From positions 3,036 through 67,035 of the forward strand of contig JAFTCT010000081.1 of assembly GCA_017454525.1 (NCBI GenBank): 64,000 bases of DNA. The letters run 5' to 3'. Each line of letters begins with the position of its first letter. The stretch's first letter is position 1. This document shows positions 9,272 through 19,728 of this stretch, one piece after another. Under the pieces are notes generated by a model. The model searched no databases and was not told the DNA's origin. It was given only the letters and a program-made list of their open reading frames with translations. Source of the DNA: Clostridia bacterium. Lineage in GTDB: Bacteria; Bacillota; Clostridia; Oscillospirales; CAG-272. Made by a program: the position numbers and the translations under genes.

Positions 9272-10204
9272 ATGTCCTTCAGCCAGGAAACCAAATCGGA
9301 TCTTTGCGGGATCCCCGTAAAGAAACTCTGCTGCAAGCGCGCTCTTCTCTACGGAATGCTCCTGTGCGGCAATCTCTTTTCTCCCGAGATGATCCGGCTG
9401 GTGACCGAAAACGAGCGCGTCAGCCAGTCGATCGTGCATCTGCTGCGCGAGGTCTACGGCGCGCGCGCCGGTCTGACGATCGGGGAGAAGAAGACCAAAA
9501 ACGGCGTGATCAGCAGTTACAGGATCGCCGTTTCCTCCAAGGAGGATCTGATCAAGATCTTCATGGACCTCAATCTTCCGCCCGACTGCGAGACGGCGAT
9601 CAATCCCTCGCTCTTCATCTGCGAGGATTGCGTGAAGCATTTCTTGAGAGGGTGTTTCCTCACCGCCGGAATGCTGACGGATCCGCAGAACGGTTACCGG
9701 CTCGAACTGATCTTTGAGAGCGAGCCGATCATGAAAACGGTGGGAGAACTGCTCTCCGCGTACGGACTTTCGCCGAAGTATACCGGAAGAAAAGCGAGTT
9801 TCGTGCTCTATTTCAAGGAGAGCGAAGAGATCGAGGATCTGTTGACCTTCATCGGCGCGTCAAGAGCGGCGCTCGCCATCATGAACGCCAAGATCTTCAG
9901 AGATATCCGCAATACACAGAACCGCCGCGCGAACTGCGACGCGGCGAATATCAGCAAAATGACGCTCAAGGCGCAGCAGTATATCCGCGCCATCCGGACG
10001 CTTCGGGAACTCGGACTGTTTGACGGGATGAACGAGGAACTCAAAACGACGGCGCTGCTGCGGCTTGATGATCCCGAAGCGTCGCTGGCGGATCTTGCGG
10101 CACGGCACGACCCTCCGATCACGAAATCAGGCGTCAATCACCGCCTGATCAGGATCTGCGAATACTGTCGCAGGGTGGAGGAGCAAAAACAGAAGAAACA
10201 GTAA
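9272..10204 (+). CDS. whiA: DNA-binding protein WhiA
   Basis: MSFSQETKSDLC... N-terminus, LAGLIDADG-like core and a C-terminal HTH. ATG 9272 follows AAAGGAG; the track's GTG at 9263 is an alternative start. Confidence 0.9.
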   Translation: MSFSQETKSDLCGIPVKKLCCKRALLYGMLLCGNLFSPEMIRLVTENERVSQSIVHLLREVYGARAGLTIGEKKTKNGVISSYRIAVSSKEDLIKIFMDLNLPPDCETAINPSLFICEDCVKHFLRGCFLTAGMLTDPQNGYRLELIFESEPIMKTVGELLSAYGLSPKYTGRKASFVLYFKESEEIEDLLTFIGASRAALAIMNAKIFRDIRNTQNRRANCDAANISKMTLKAQQYIRAIRTLRELGLFDGMNEELKTTALLRLDDPEASLADLAARHDPPITKSGVNHRLIRICEYCRRVEEQKQKKQ

Positions 10205-10226
10205 ATCAAAGGAGCGCAGGGACGTC

Positions 10227-13200
10227 ATGGCGTTTGTTCATCTGCACGTACACAGCGAATACAGTATGCTTGACGGCGCCTGCCGGATCGCCGATCTGCC
10301 TGCCGCGGCGGCGACGGCGGGACAGACCGCTCTCGCACTTACCGATCACGGCAATATGTTCGGCGCGGTCTCCTTTTACAAAGCCTGCAAAAAGGCGGGT
10401 GTGAAGCCGATCATCGGATGCGAGGTATACGTCGCGCCGCGCTCGCGCTTTGACAGGGACCCGCTCGAGAAGTATCATCACCTCATCCTGCTCTGCAGAA
10501 ACGACACGGGATACCGCAATCTCTCCAAACTCGTCTCCGCCGGATATACGGAAGGCCTTTATGCGAAGCCGCGCGTTGACGATGAACTGTTAATGAAATA
10601 CGCGGACGGTCTGATCGCTCTGTCCGGCTGCATCGCGGGGAGGATCCCGCAGGCGCTCTTGAGAGAGGATCATGAGGGCGCGCGCGAAGAAGCGCTGAAA
10701 TACCGTTCTTTTTTCGGGGAGGACAACTTTTACCTCGAGGTGCAGAATCACCGTCTTCCCGAGGAAGACGCCGTGCGCTCGGGACTGATCAGACTGTCGC
10801 GCGAAACGGGGATCCCTCTCGCCGCGACCAACGACGCGCACTATATCCGCAGGGAGGAAGCCGACGTACAGACGCTGCTCACCTGCATCCAGACGGGGCG
10901 GACGCTGGAGGAAGGCAGCCCGATCCGTTTTCCGAACGATGAATTCTATCTGAAGAGCGAAGAGGAGATGCGTCTCCTTTTCGCCGACTGTCCCGATGCC
11001 GTGGACAACACCGCGGTGATCGCCGGATGCTGCGCCTTCGATTTTGATTTTCAGACGCGGCATCTGCCGACCTATCCTCTGCCCGAAGGCACGACCTCCG
11101 AGAAATACCTGCGGGAACTTGCCGAGAACGGGCTGAAAGATAAAATGGAAAAGGGATTGCTCGACACGGCGGGGCATACCTTTGAAGACTATAAGTTCCG
11201 CATGATCTATGAGATGATGATGATCGCGAAAATGGGCTACTGCGATTACTATCTGATCGTCTGGGACTTTGTCAACGCCGCCAAGAATATGGGGATCACC
11301 GTCGGTCCGGGCAGAGGTTCGGGCGCGGGCAGTCTCGTCGCCTATCTGATCGGCATCACCGAGGTCGACTCGATCGCCTACGGACTGCTGTTCGAGCGGT
11401 TCCTCAATCCCGAGCGCGTCAGTATGCCCGACTTCGATATCGATTTCTGCGATACGAGGCGCGATGAAGTGATCTCGTACGTTGCCGGGAAATACGGCAG
11501 AGACCACGTTTCTCAGATCGCCGCCTTCGGTACGCTCGGCGCAAAAGCCGCGCTTCACGACGTCGGAAGAGCTTTGGGGATCCCTTCAAAGGACGTGGAA
11601 GCCGTTTCGAAACTTATCCCTTCCGGTCCTGATCAGACCCTGAAAAAAGCCCTTAACAGAACCGAACTGAAAGCGCTTTACGACGGAAGTCCGACGGTGC
11701 GGCAGCTCATCGACACGGCGATGTCGGTCGAGGGAATGCCGCGCAATATCACGACGCACGCCGCGGGCGTCGTGATCACCGAGCGCCCGGTCGAGGACTA
11801 TATGCCCCTGACCGTCTCCTCCGGCGCGGTGCTCACGCAGTATGACATGAATACCGTCGCGGAACTGGGTCTGCTGAAATTCGACTTCCTTGCGATCCGC
11901 TATCTCACGGTCATAGAGAACGCGGAGAAACTCGTCCGGTCGGCGGAGCCCTCCTTTGACGTGAAAAAACTGCCCCTCAACGACGGGGAAACGATGGATA
12001 TGATCTGCGCGGGCGAGACCGGCGGCGTCTTTCAGCTCGAATCCGCCGGGATGCGGCGTCTGATGACGCAGCTGAAGCCGCGCACGATCGAGGACCTGAT
12101 GATCGCGATCGCCGTTTTCCGTCCCGGTCCGATGGATTCGATCCCCGCGCTGCTTGAAGCGCGCAGAGGCAAAAAGCCGACGTACGGGATCGCGCAGCTG
12201 AAGGAGATCCTTGACGACACGTCGGGCTGCATCATCTATCAGGAACAGGTCATGCAGATCTTCCGGAAGATCGCCGGCTACTCCTTCGGCAGAGCGGACA
12301 TCGTGCGGCGCGCGATGGCGAAAAAACACGCGGACGAGCTGGAAAACGAAAGAGACGCCTTTCTTGCGGGCGCGGAAAAGAATCTTATCGACCGGGAAGC
12401 GGCGAACGCGCTGTTTGACAGCATGGCGTCCTTTGCAAGTTACGCCTTCAACAAGAGCCACGCGGCGGCATACGCGATCGTCGCTTACAGGACGGCATAT
12501 CTGAAGGCGCACTATCCGCGGGAATATCTCTCCGCGCTGCTCACGAGCGTAAGCGGCGACACGGCGAAAACCGCGGAATACGTCGCCTCGCTCGAGCGGC
12601 ACGGCTTCAAACTGCTCCCCCCCGACGTCAACGAGAGCAGCGCCTCCTTTACGCCCGTTCCGGGCGGCGTTCGCTTCGGGCTTTACGGCGTGAAAAACGT
12701 TGGGTATGCCTTCGTGGAAGCGCTGATCCTTGAGCGCCGTGAAAACGGGAAATACCTTTCGCTTGAGGACTTCGTTCGACGGCTGAAGAATAAGGGCGGC
12801 GGAAAGCCGCAGACCGCCGCGCTGATCGGCGCCGGCGCATTCGACCGCCTCGGAGAGTTCCGCAGCAGGATGCTCGAGGGCCTTGACGGACTGTTCGCCT
12901 TCATCGGCGATGAACAGCGCCTCGAAAACGAACGGCAGATCGACCTGTTTACGGCTGCCGGAGAAGAGAATACGGCGCGCGTCGGCTTCTCCTATCCGGA
13001 GATCGACGAATATCCGACCGAGCGTCTGCTCGAGAGCGAGAAGGAACTGACCGGAATGTGGTTTTCGGGACATCCGCTTGCCGATTACCGGAAGAATATC
13101 GAAGCGTTGAACCCTCAGAAGATCAGGGACTTCGTCACAGACGAACGCGACGAACTGCTCCTGCAAAAAACCGACCGCGTGCGCTTCTGCGGTATGATCC

Positions 13201-13754
13201 GCGGCGTTTCGGTGAAAACTTCCAAGAAAGGGAACCGCTTTGCGATCCTGACGCTGGAGGACGATTCCGGAAGTATTGAATGTCTGCTTTTCGGGAAAGT
13301 GCTGAACGATACGGAGAGCTTCCTTGTACAGGGGAGCGCCGTCTGCGTCGCCGGGACTCTGACGGATCTCGACAAGGACGTGCCGAAGGTGTCGGCGAAC
13401 GATCTCCTTCCGCTCATCAAAAACGCGGAATACGAAAGGATCATGCCGCAAAAAAGCGGCTTATCCTCATCGGCGCCCGAAGCGAAGCCGCAGACGGGCG
13501 GCGCCGTCGTAAAGCAAAAGCCGGAAGAGGGCGTTTTTCCCGTGAAAAAGCTGTATATCCGGCTGACGAACGATGAAAAAACAGACCGCAGGATCGCCGC
13601 GGTCATCGGGATCTTCCCGGGAAGCGTCCCCTGTATTTACTATCATCCCGATACCGGCGCGTATGAGAATACCGGAAAAGGCGTTGCGCTCACGCCCCGG
13701 CTTCTATCGATGATGAAGACGATCATGGGCGAGGAGAACGTCGTCGCGAAATAA
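10227..13754 (+). CDS. dnaE: DNA polymerase III alpha subunit (DnaE type)
   Basis: PHP domain HLHVHSEYSMLDGA, polymerase core (PDFDIDF), HhH and OB regions. 1175 aa. Confidence 0.95.
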   Translation: MAFVHLHVHSEYSMLDGACRIADLPAAAATAGQTALALTDHGNMFGAVSFYKACKKAGVKPIIGCEVYVAPRSRFDRDPLEKYHHLILLCRNDTGYRNLSKLVSAGYTEGLYAKPRVDDELLMKYADGLIALSGCIAGRIPQALLREDHEGAREEALKYRSFFGEDNFYLEVQNHRLPEEDAVRSGLIRLSRETGIPLAATNDAHYIRREEADVQTLLTCIQTGRTLEEGSPIRFPNDEFYLKSEEEMRLLFADCPDAVDNTAVIAGCCAFDFDFQTRHLPTYPLPEGTTSEKYLRELAENGLKDKMEKGLLDTAGHTFEDYKFRMIYEMMMIAKMGYCDYYLIVWDFVNAAKNMGITVGPGRGSGAGSLVAYLIGITEVDSIAYGLLFERFLNPERVSMPDFDIDFCDTRRDEVISYVAGKYGRDHVSQIAAFGTLGAKAALHDVGRALGIPSKDVEAVSKLIPSGPDQTLKKALNRTELKALYDGSPTVRQLIDTAMSVEGMPRNITTHAAGVVITERPVEDYMPLTVSSGAVLTQYDMNTVAELGLLKFDFLAIRYLTVIENAEKLVRSAEPSFDVKKLPLNDGETMDMICAGETGGVFQLESAGMRRLMTQLKPRTIEDLMIAIAVFRPGPMDSIPALLEARRGKKPTYGIAQLKEILDDTSGCIIYQEQVMQIFRKIAGYSFGRADIVRRAMAKKHADELENERDAFLAGAEKNLIDREAANALFDSMASFASYAFNKSHAAAYAIVAYRTAYLKAHYPREYLSALLTSVSGDTAKTAEYVASLERHGFKLLPPDVNESSASFTPVPGGVRFGLYGVKNVGYAFVEALILERRENGKYLSLEDFVRRLKNKGGGKPQTAALIGAGAFDRLGEFRSRMLEGLDGLFAFIGDEQRLENERQIDLFTAAGEENTARVGFSYPEIDEYPTERLLESEKELTGMWFSGHPLADYRKNIEALNPQKIRDFVTDERDELLLQKTDRVRFCGMIRGVSVKTSKKGNRFAILTLEDDSGSIECLLFGKVLNDTESFLVQGSAVCVAGTLTDLDKDVPKVSANDLLPLIKNAEYERIMPQKSGLSSSAPEAKPQTGGAVVKQKPEEGVFPVKKLYIRLTNDEKTDRRIAAVIGIFPGSVPCIYYHPDTGAYENTGKGVALTPRLLSMMKTIMGEENVVAK

Positions 13755-13792
13755 GCGCCCGGCGTTCAGGCACATTGAAAGGGTTTTTGGTC

Positions 13793-16387
13793 ATGGCTGA
13801 AAAAAAGAAAAAGATCAGATGGGGAAAAGAAATATCCGACGCCGGCGGAACGCTGGTGCACGCGGTGCGAGGCGTGTTCGCCGCGATCGGCTGCATCCTG
13901 CTGACGGTCCTGATCGTCGGGATCCTCTGCGGACTGATCGTCGGAACGGCGATGGCGGTCTATCTGTCCGATTACGTCGACGCGTCGATCGATCAGTTCG
14001 ACGTTATGGCGTACGAGCAGAAGCAGACCTCCCAGATCTATATCGATACCGGTTCGGGTTCGCTCAGCGAACTGGAGGATCAGAAGCTTTACGCTTCCGA
14101 AAACCGCGTCTGGGTCGATTACGCCGATATCCCGAAGCATCTGATCGACGCGTATATTTCGATCGAGGACAAACGCTTTCTCGATCATAACGGCGTGGAC
14201 TGGCTGCGCACCTTCAAGGCGACGGTCTACTATGCGCTCGGCAACTCGAGCGAAGCGGGCGGCGGATCGACGCTGACGCAGCAGCTCATCAAGAACATCA
14301 CCGGCAACAAGGACAATACGCCGCAGCGAAAAGTGAGGGAGATGTTCGAGGCGCTGAATCTCGAGAAGAAGTACAGCAAGGAACAGATCCTCGAGATGTA
14401 CCTCAATTCGATCTATCTGTCGCAGGGGTGCAACGGCGTGCAGTCTGCGTCCTACACCTATTTCGGCAAGCCGGTCAAGCAGTTGGGATTGCTGGAATGC
14501 GCGGCGATCGCCGCCATCACGCAGAACCCGTCGCGCTGGGACCCGAAGATCCATCCCGAAAACAACATCATCCGCAGGAACAACATTCTCGGCTATATGC
14601 TCGATCAGGGAAAGATCACCAAGGCGGAGTACGACGCCTGCTACAACAAGGAACTGGAGATCTATGATCCCGACTACGAGGATACCGGCGACGAAACGCC
14701 CGCGGACGAGAAATTCTCCTCCGACGCCACCTCCTGGTACGTTGACGTCGTGATCGAGGATTCGATCGCCCTGCTCATGGAGAGATTCGGCGTGACCTAC
14801 GGCGCCGCGGAAAAGATGCTGTATACCGGCGGCTATAAGATCGTGACCGCGATGGATCCCAAGGTCCAGAGCGTACTGGACGCCGCCTTCACCAATACCG
14901 ACATCATCGACGCCATCATCGGCGCCAGTCCCGGCATGATCAAGCCGCAGGCGTCGATCGTCGTCGTCGATCCGCGCAACGGCAATATTCTGGGACTGGT
15001 CGGCGGAAGGGGAGAGAAACTCAAATCGAGAGTCTTCAACTACGCGACGCAGGCGAAGCGTCAGACCGGTTCTTCGATCAAGCCGCTGTCGCTCTACGGA
15101 CCTGCGCTGGAGGCGGGCGTCATCAACTACGCGACGACCTTCGAAGACAGTCCCTTCCGGTACGACGACGGCGTGGGCTGGCCGCGCAACTCGCCTTTGG
15201 GATATAAGGGACTGGTCCCGATCATCACCGGTATCACGAACTCGATCAACACGATCGCGATCAAGGTCGTCAACAAGCTCGGTCTGGAGCAGTCCTTCAG
15301 ATTCCTGACGGAGAAGCTCCATATCACGAGTCTGTACCGGAACAAGGAAGTGAACGGAAAGATTTATAACGACGTGACGCTCGCGTCGCTCGGCCTCGGC
15401 GGTATGACCGAAGGCGTGTCCGTGCGCGAAATGGTCGGCGGATTCACGATGTTCACCAACGACGGGATCTACTGTCAGCCGCGCGCGGTGCTCAAGATCT
15501 GCGACAGGAACGGTGAAGTGCTCGTGAACAACGAGATCGTGACCGAGGTCTGCATGAGCAAGGAGAACGCCTCGATCATGACCAAGATGCTCAACAACGT
15601 CGTCGTCAACGGCACCGGCATTTCGACGAAGCTCAAGAACTACGTCTTTTCCGCCGGCAAGACCGGTACGACCAGCAAGAACTGCGACAAGTGGTTCATC
15701 GGATTTACGCCCTATTATCTCGCGGGCGTATGGTTCGGCTACGAAAAAGCGCAGTCGCTGAGCAATTTTGCGGGCAACCCAGCCATGAAGATCTGGGACT
15801 ACGTGATGACGGAATTGCACAACGCGAACGTCTTCGTCAAAAATCCCGACGGCAGTTACGATTACAATTCCGACCGGTCGGGCAACAAAATCGCCAAGAC
15901 CTATGCGGACGTGCAGGATTCCGGCGTTTTGACGGCGGAGTTCTGCTGTGACTGCGGAAAACTTGCCGGACCGAACTGTGCGGACGTCACGACGCGCGAA
16001 GGCGTTTCGCGCAACCGGATGATGACCGGGTATTTCACCGTTGACAATATGCCGACGGAGGTCTGTACCTGCCACACTAAGATCTCGTTCTGCACGGAAG
16101 GAAATCATCTTGCCGGCGAATACTGCCCGGCGTCGTCGGTCGAGGAGCGCTATATCACGGTCAGCGATTTCGCGCGCGACCGCTACACCTTCGAAGGCGA
16201 AAAGGTCTACACCTATATGAGCGACGAGAGTTACGTCTTCTATGATCAGGGAGACGGGACCTACGGCGGACTGCTCGACCTGTACGCGTCCTACTGCAAG
16301 GTCCACCGGACGCCGTCTCAGACGGTGCTGGCGGCAAACGGGGAAGCGCCGCTTGCTCACACCTATCTGTCCGAAGCCGACGAATAG
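13793..16387 (+). CDS. Class A penicillin-binding protein (glycosyltransferase + transpeptidase) with Cys-rich C-terminal extension
   Basis: GT51 motifs EDKRFLDHNGVD and GGSTLTQQL. Transpeptidase motifs SSIKP (SxxK) and KTGTT. N-terminal TM anchor. ATG 13793 follows GAAAGGG; the track start at 13775 is an alternative. Confidence 0.9.
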   Translation: MAEKKKKIRWGKEISDAGGTLVHAVRGVFAAIGCILLTVLIVGILCGLIVGTAMAVYLSDYVDASIDQFDVMAYEQKQTSQIYIDTGSGSLSELEDQKLYASENRVWVDYADIPKHLIDAYISIEDKRFLDHNGVDWLRTFKATVYYALGNSSEAGGGSTLTQQLIKNITGNKDNTPQRKVREMFEALNLEKKYSKEQILEMYLNSIYLSQGCNGVQSASYTYFGKPVKQLGLLECAAIAAITQNPSRWDPKIHPENNIIRRNNILGYMLDQGKITKAEYDACYNKELEIYDPDYEDTGDETPADEKFSSDATSWYVDVVIEDSIALLMERFGVTYGAAEKMLYTGGYKIVTAMDPKVQSVLDAAFTNTDIIDAIIGASPGMIKPQASIVVVDPRNGNILGLVGGRGEKLKSRVFNYATQAKRQTGSSIKPLSLYGPALEAGVINYATTFEDSPFRYDDGVGWPRNSPLGYKGLVPIITGITNSINTIAIKVVNKLGLEQSFRFLTEKLHITSLYRNKEVNGKIYNDVTLASLGLGGMTEGVSVREMVGGFTMFTNDGIYCQPRAVLKICDRNGEVLVNNEIVTEVCMSKENASIMTKMLNNVVVNGTGISTKLKNYVFSAGKTGTTSKNCDKWFIGFTPYYLAGVWFGYEKAQSLSNFAGNPAMKIWDYVMTELHNANVFVKNPDGSYDYNSDRSGNKIAKTYADVQDSGVLTAEFCCDCGKLAGPNCADVTTREGVSRNRMMTGYFTVDNMPTEVCTCHTKISFCTEGNHLAGEYCPASSVEERYITVSDFARDRYTFEGEKVYTYMSDESYVFYDQGDGTYGGLLDLYASYCKVHRTPSQTVLAANGEAPLAHTYLSEADE

Positions 16388-16522
16388 GCGGCGCGGACCT
16401 TCCGCCGGAAAACGCGGGGCAAAGAAACTGAAAAATATGACGGGAGCCGACGTTCAGAGTCATGGAGCGCCGGCTCTTTTCATATACTCAAACATGATCA
16501 AGAGAAACGGGCGGAGGAAGGC

Positions 16523-17023
16523 ATGAAACTGTTTTCCAACATCAATAAGGACGTAAAGAAGCTACGCGCTCCGATGACGATCATCGGTTTCTGCGGAGGA
16601 GCGGCGGCGGCGCTTATTGTGATGGCGGCGTGCGGAAAACTGTATTTCTATTCCTTTTTACTGCTTCCGCGGCACGCGCCGCCGGCAGCCGTCTTCTATT
16701 TCTCCTTTATTCTGACGACCGCCGCGCTCTGCGGATGCGCGGCGCTCTCCCATGAGAGCGCGCGGTGCGATAGGGGGAAGAGCGGGATCGTATTTCATCT
16801 GCTGACGGCGCTCTTCGTCGTCATGTGGTATATCGCGTTCATGCGCAGCGGCGCATTCGTATTTGCGCTCGTCATGCTGCTCTGCGCCGCGGTGATGCTC
16901 TTTTTCTCCATGGGCGAGGCGTACGAACACCGGCAGCCGCTCGTGCTGATCATCGACGGCGTCTGCGCGCTCCTGATGATCATGACGCTGTGGCTGACGG
17001 CTTCTGCGATCATGCTGAACTGA
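16523..17023 (+). CDS. Integral membrane protein (about 5 TM), unknown function
   Basis: 166-aa hydrophobic ORF with RBS GGAGGAAGG upstream, sitting between the PBP genes. No family recognised. Confidence 0.55.
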   Translation: MKLFSNINKDVKKLRAPMTIIGFCGGAAAALIVMAACGKLYFYSFLLLPRHAPPAAVFYFSFILTTAALCGCAALSHESARCDRGKSGIVFHLLTALFVVMWYIAFMRSGAFVFALVMLLCAAVMLFFSMGEAYEHRQPLVLIIDGVCALLMIMTLWLTASAIMLN

Positions 17024-17042
17024 ATGAAAGGCGGAAAACACG

Positions 17043-18203
17043 ATGAAGAAAACGACGTGCTTTTTTCTCGCGCTGACGATCTGCTTTGCGGCGTTCGTTT
17101 CGTCGCGCATCAACGGCTATGCGGACGTCGAACACGGAAACGGCGCCGAGATCGATCTGAAGGACGTCTCAAGCGCGATTCTGATGGACGCGGGCAGCGG
17201 GGAAGTGCTGTATGAATATAACGCGGACGAACGCCGTCCGCCCGCGTCGGTCACAAAGATCATGACGCTGCTTCTGGTAATGGAAGCGCTCGACAGCGGG
17301 AAGATCGCGCTTGACGAGAAGATCCCCGTCAGCGCGGAGGCGGCGGGAATGGGCGGTTCGCAGGTCTATCTGGAGCCGGGCGAGGAAATGACGGCGGATG
17401 ATCTCATCAAATGCGTGGTCGTCGCCTCGGCGAACGACGCGGCGGCGGCACTCGCAGAGCGCGTGGGCGGAACGCTCGAAAACTTCGTGCGGATGATGAA
17501 CGACCGCGCGCGGGAACTCGGCATGAAGGATACCGTTTTTGAAAATACGAACGGTTTAGACGACACGACGGTCGATCACATGACGACCGCCCGCGATATC
17601 GCCGTCATGTCAAGAGAACTACTCAAGCACAAAAAAATCCTTGATTATACGTGTATCTGGATGGATACCGTGCGCGACGGCGCGTTCACGCTGACCAACA
17701 CCAATAAACTCGTGCGCTACTATAAGGGGATCAACGGATTGAAGACGGGTATGACCTCAAAAGCCGGGTTCTGTATTTCCGCTACGGCGGAGAGGAACGG
17801 ACTTCAGCTCATCGCCGTGATCATGGGCTCGCCTACGGCGAAGGCGCGCAACGCCGCGGCGGCGAAACTGCTCGATTACGGATTTTCGGCGTATGAAAAC
17901 TACGTGTTTCCCGGAGACGAAGCGGAAATCGCGGTCGCGGGCGGACAGGAGCGCACCGCGCGGGTCGCGGCGGCGCCCTATACGATGCTCGTGAAGAAGG
18001 GCGAGAGCGGAAAAGTGACGTGCAGAAAAGAACTGCCCGCCGCTCTTGACGCGCCGGTCGAGCGCGGTTCGGAAGCGGGGAGCGTGACGCTCACGCTCGG
18101 TGAGCGGGAGGTGAAGATCCCCTATACCGTGACGGAACCGGTCGCGCGGCTTACCTTTACGGACATCGTCAGGGGATTGTTCGGCGCGCTCACACTCTTT
18201 TGA
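17043..18203 (+). CDS. D-alanyl-D-alanine carboxypeptidase (peptidase S11, PBP5-like)
   Basis: Signal peptide, then SxxK (ASVTKIMT), SxN (SANDAA) and KTG (LKTGMT) motifs. Confidence 0.9.
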   Translation: MKKTTCFFLALTICFAAFVSSRINGYADVEHGNGAEIDLKDVSSAILMDAGSGEVLYEYNADERRPPASVTKIMTLLLVMEALDSGKIALDEKIPVSAEAAGMGGSQVYLEPGEEMTADDLIKCVVVASANDAAAALAERVGGTLENFVRMMNDRARELGMKDTVFENTNGLDDTTVDHMTTARDIAVMSRELLKHKKILDYTCIWMDTVRDGAFTLTNTNKLVRYYKGINGLKTGMTSKAGFCISATAERNGLQLIAVIMGSPTAKARNAAAAKLLDYGFSAYENYVFPGDEAEIAVAGGQERTARVAAAPYTMLVKKGESGKVTCRKELPAALDAPVERGSEAGSVTLTLGEREVKIPYTVTEPVARLTFTDIVRGLFGALTLF

Positions 18204-18222
18204 GAAGAATTTCAAAAATGTA

Positions 18223-18251
18223 TTGAAAAATCAGAAAAAAACAGTTATAAT
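18223..18251 (+). promoter_or_regulatory. Sigma-A type promoter (TTGAAA-17-TATAAT) for pgi
   Basis: Hexamers at 18223-18228 and 18246-18251 with a 17-nt spacer. Confidence 0.65.
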
Positions 18252-18290
18252 TGTATCGGAAAAACGACAGTGAAAAGAAAGGAATACAAA

Positions 18291-19634
18291 ATGTCGATCA
18301 GACTCATCGACCGTTATCTTGACGGTTTTGTTTCAGAAAAAGAACTCTCGGAAATGAACGGGAAAGCGCTGCTTGCGCTGAAGACCGTGCTGGACGGCAG
18401 CGGCAAGGGAAGCGACTTTTTAGGGTGGCGCGCGCTGCCGGACGTACCGGACAAAAATGAATTCGCGCGCATCCTTTCCGCCGCGGAAAGGATCAGAAAA
18501 CAGTGCGACGTACTGGTGGTCATCGGGATCGGCGGCTCCTATCTCGGCGCGCGCGCCGCGATCGAATACTGCCAGGGGCTGAACCGCAACGCCCTTGTAA
18601 AGGACGGACCGCAGATCCTCTTTGCGGGAAAGGATCTCAGCGCCGCGACGGTCTGCGAGACGCTGCGGCTGATCGAGGGAAAGGACGTTTGTCTGAACGT
18701 CATCTCCAAATCCGGTACCACGACGGAGCCGGCGGTCGCCTTCAGGATCTTCAAGGAGTGGATGGAAGAGAAATATGGGGACGGCGCCGCGGAAAGGATC
18801 TACGTCACGACCGATAAAGCGCGCGGAAAACTCAAGGAGCTCTCCGATACGATGGGCTACGAGACTTTCGTGGTCCCCGACGACGTCGGCGGCAGATTTT
18901 CCGTACTCTCTCCCGTGGGTCTTCTCCCGATCGCCTGCGCGGGCATCGACGTGAATGAAATGCTTGAAGGGGCGCGCGAAGCGAAAGCCAAGTTCTCGCA
19001 GGCGACCTCGGTCTTTGAAAACGACTGTCTGAAATACGCGGCGATAAGGAACGTCCTGCTCGGCAAGGGGAAGAGCACGGAGATACTCGCCTCCTACGAA
19101 CCGGCGCTCGGAAGCACGGCGGAATGGTGGAAACAGCTTTACGGCGAGAGCGAAGGGAAGGGCAAGAACGGCATTTTTCCGGCGTCCGTGACCTTTACGA
19201 CGGACCTGCATTCCCTCGGACAGTTCATCCAGGACGGAACGCCCCGCCACTTTGAAACGGTCATCGATCTGCTCGATCCCGGATACCGGATCGAAGTGCC
19301 CTATGACGAAAAGAACAGCGACGGACTGAACTTTATCGCCTTAAAGCAGCTGCACGACGTCAACCGCACGGCGTTCGCCGCGACGGCGATGGCGCACACC
19401 GACGGCGGCGTGCCCAATATCGTTCTCGAGGTTTCGGGCAGGAGCGCGCACGACTTCGGAATGCTCGTATATTTCTTTGAACTTGCCTGCGCGGTATCGG
19501 GATATATCCTCGGCGTGAATCCCTTCGATCAGCCGGGCGTGGAGGCGTATAAGAAGAATATGTTCGCGCTGCTCGGAAAACCGGGCGCCGAATTTGACGC
19601 TCTGCGCGCCTCTCTTTCTGAAAAAATGAAATAA
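18291..19634 (+). CDS. pgi: Glucose-6-phosphate isomerase
   Basis: GIGGSYLGARA and SKSGTTTEP motifs. ATG 18291 follows AAAGGAA; the track's GTG at 18270 is an alternative start. Confidence 0.9.
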   Translation: MSIRLIDRYLDGFVSEKELSEMNGKALLALKTVLDGSGKGSDFLGWRALPDVPDKNEFARILSAAERIRKQCDVLVVIGIGGSYLGARAAIEYCQGLNRNALVKDGPQILFAGKDLSAATVCETLRLIEGKDVCLNVISKSGTTTEPAVAFRIFKEWMEEKYGDGAAERIYVTTDKARGKLKELSDTMGYETFVVPDDVGGRFSVLSPVGLLPIACAGIDVNEMLEGAREAKAKFSQATSVFENDCLKYAAIRNVLLGKGKSTEILASYEPALGSTAEWWKQLYGESEGKGKNGIFPASVTFTTDLHSLGQFIQDGTPRHFETVIDLLDPGYRIEVPYDEKNSDGLNFIALKQLHDVNRTAFAATAMAHTDGGVPNIVLEVSGRSAHDFGMLVYFFELACAVSGYILGVNPFDQPGVEAYKKNMFALLGKPGAEFDALRASLSEKMK

Positions 19635-19668
19635 TTACGAAAATATTGAAACGATTTTCCAAAACCGC

Positions 19669-19697
19669 TTGAAAAGCGCCGGCAAATCGTTTATAAT
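19669..19697 (+). promoter_or_regulatory. Sigma-A type promoter (TTGAAA-17-TATAAT)
   Basis: Hexamers at 19669-19674 and 19692-19697 with a 17-nt spacer, 32 nt upstream of the ATG at 19729. Confidence 0.65.
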
Positions 19698-19728
19698 GGA
19701 AGTACCGAAAACAGGTGGAGGTTGAAAA

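Noticed and set aside
13766-16360. 864-aa ORF on the - strand antisense to the PBP gene. Similar long antisense ORFs occur at 11586-13451, 23100-26213, 26309-28189, 31492-33147, 38372-39676, 41872-43386, 50761-52467 and 52702-54921.
   Set aside because: Each lies opposite a gene with unambiguous family motifs. The translations are Arg/Gly/Asp/Val-rich low-complexity strings typical of the stop-poor reverse frames of high-GC coding DNA. They have no RBS and no recognisable domains.
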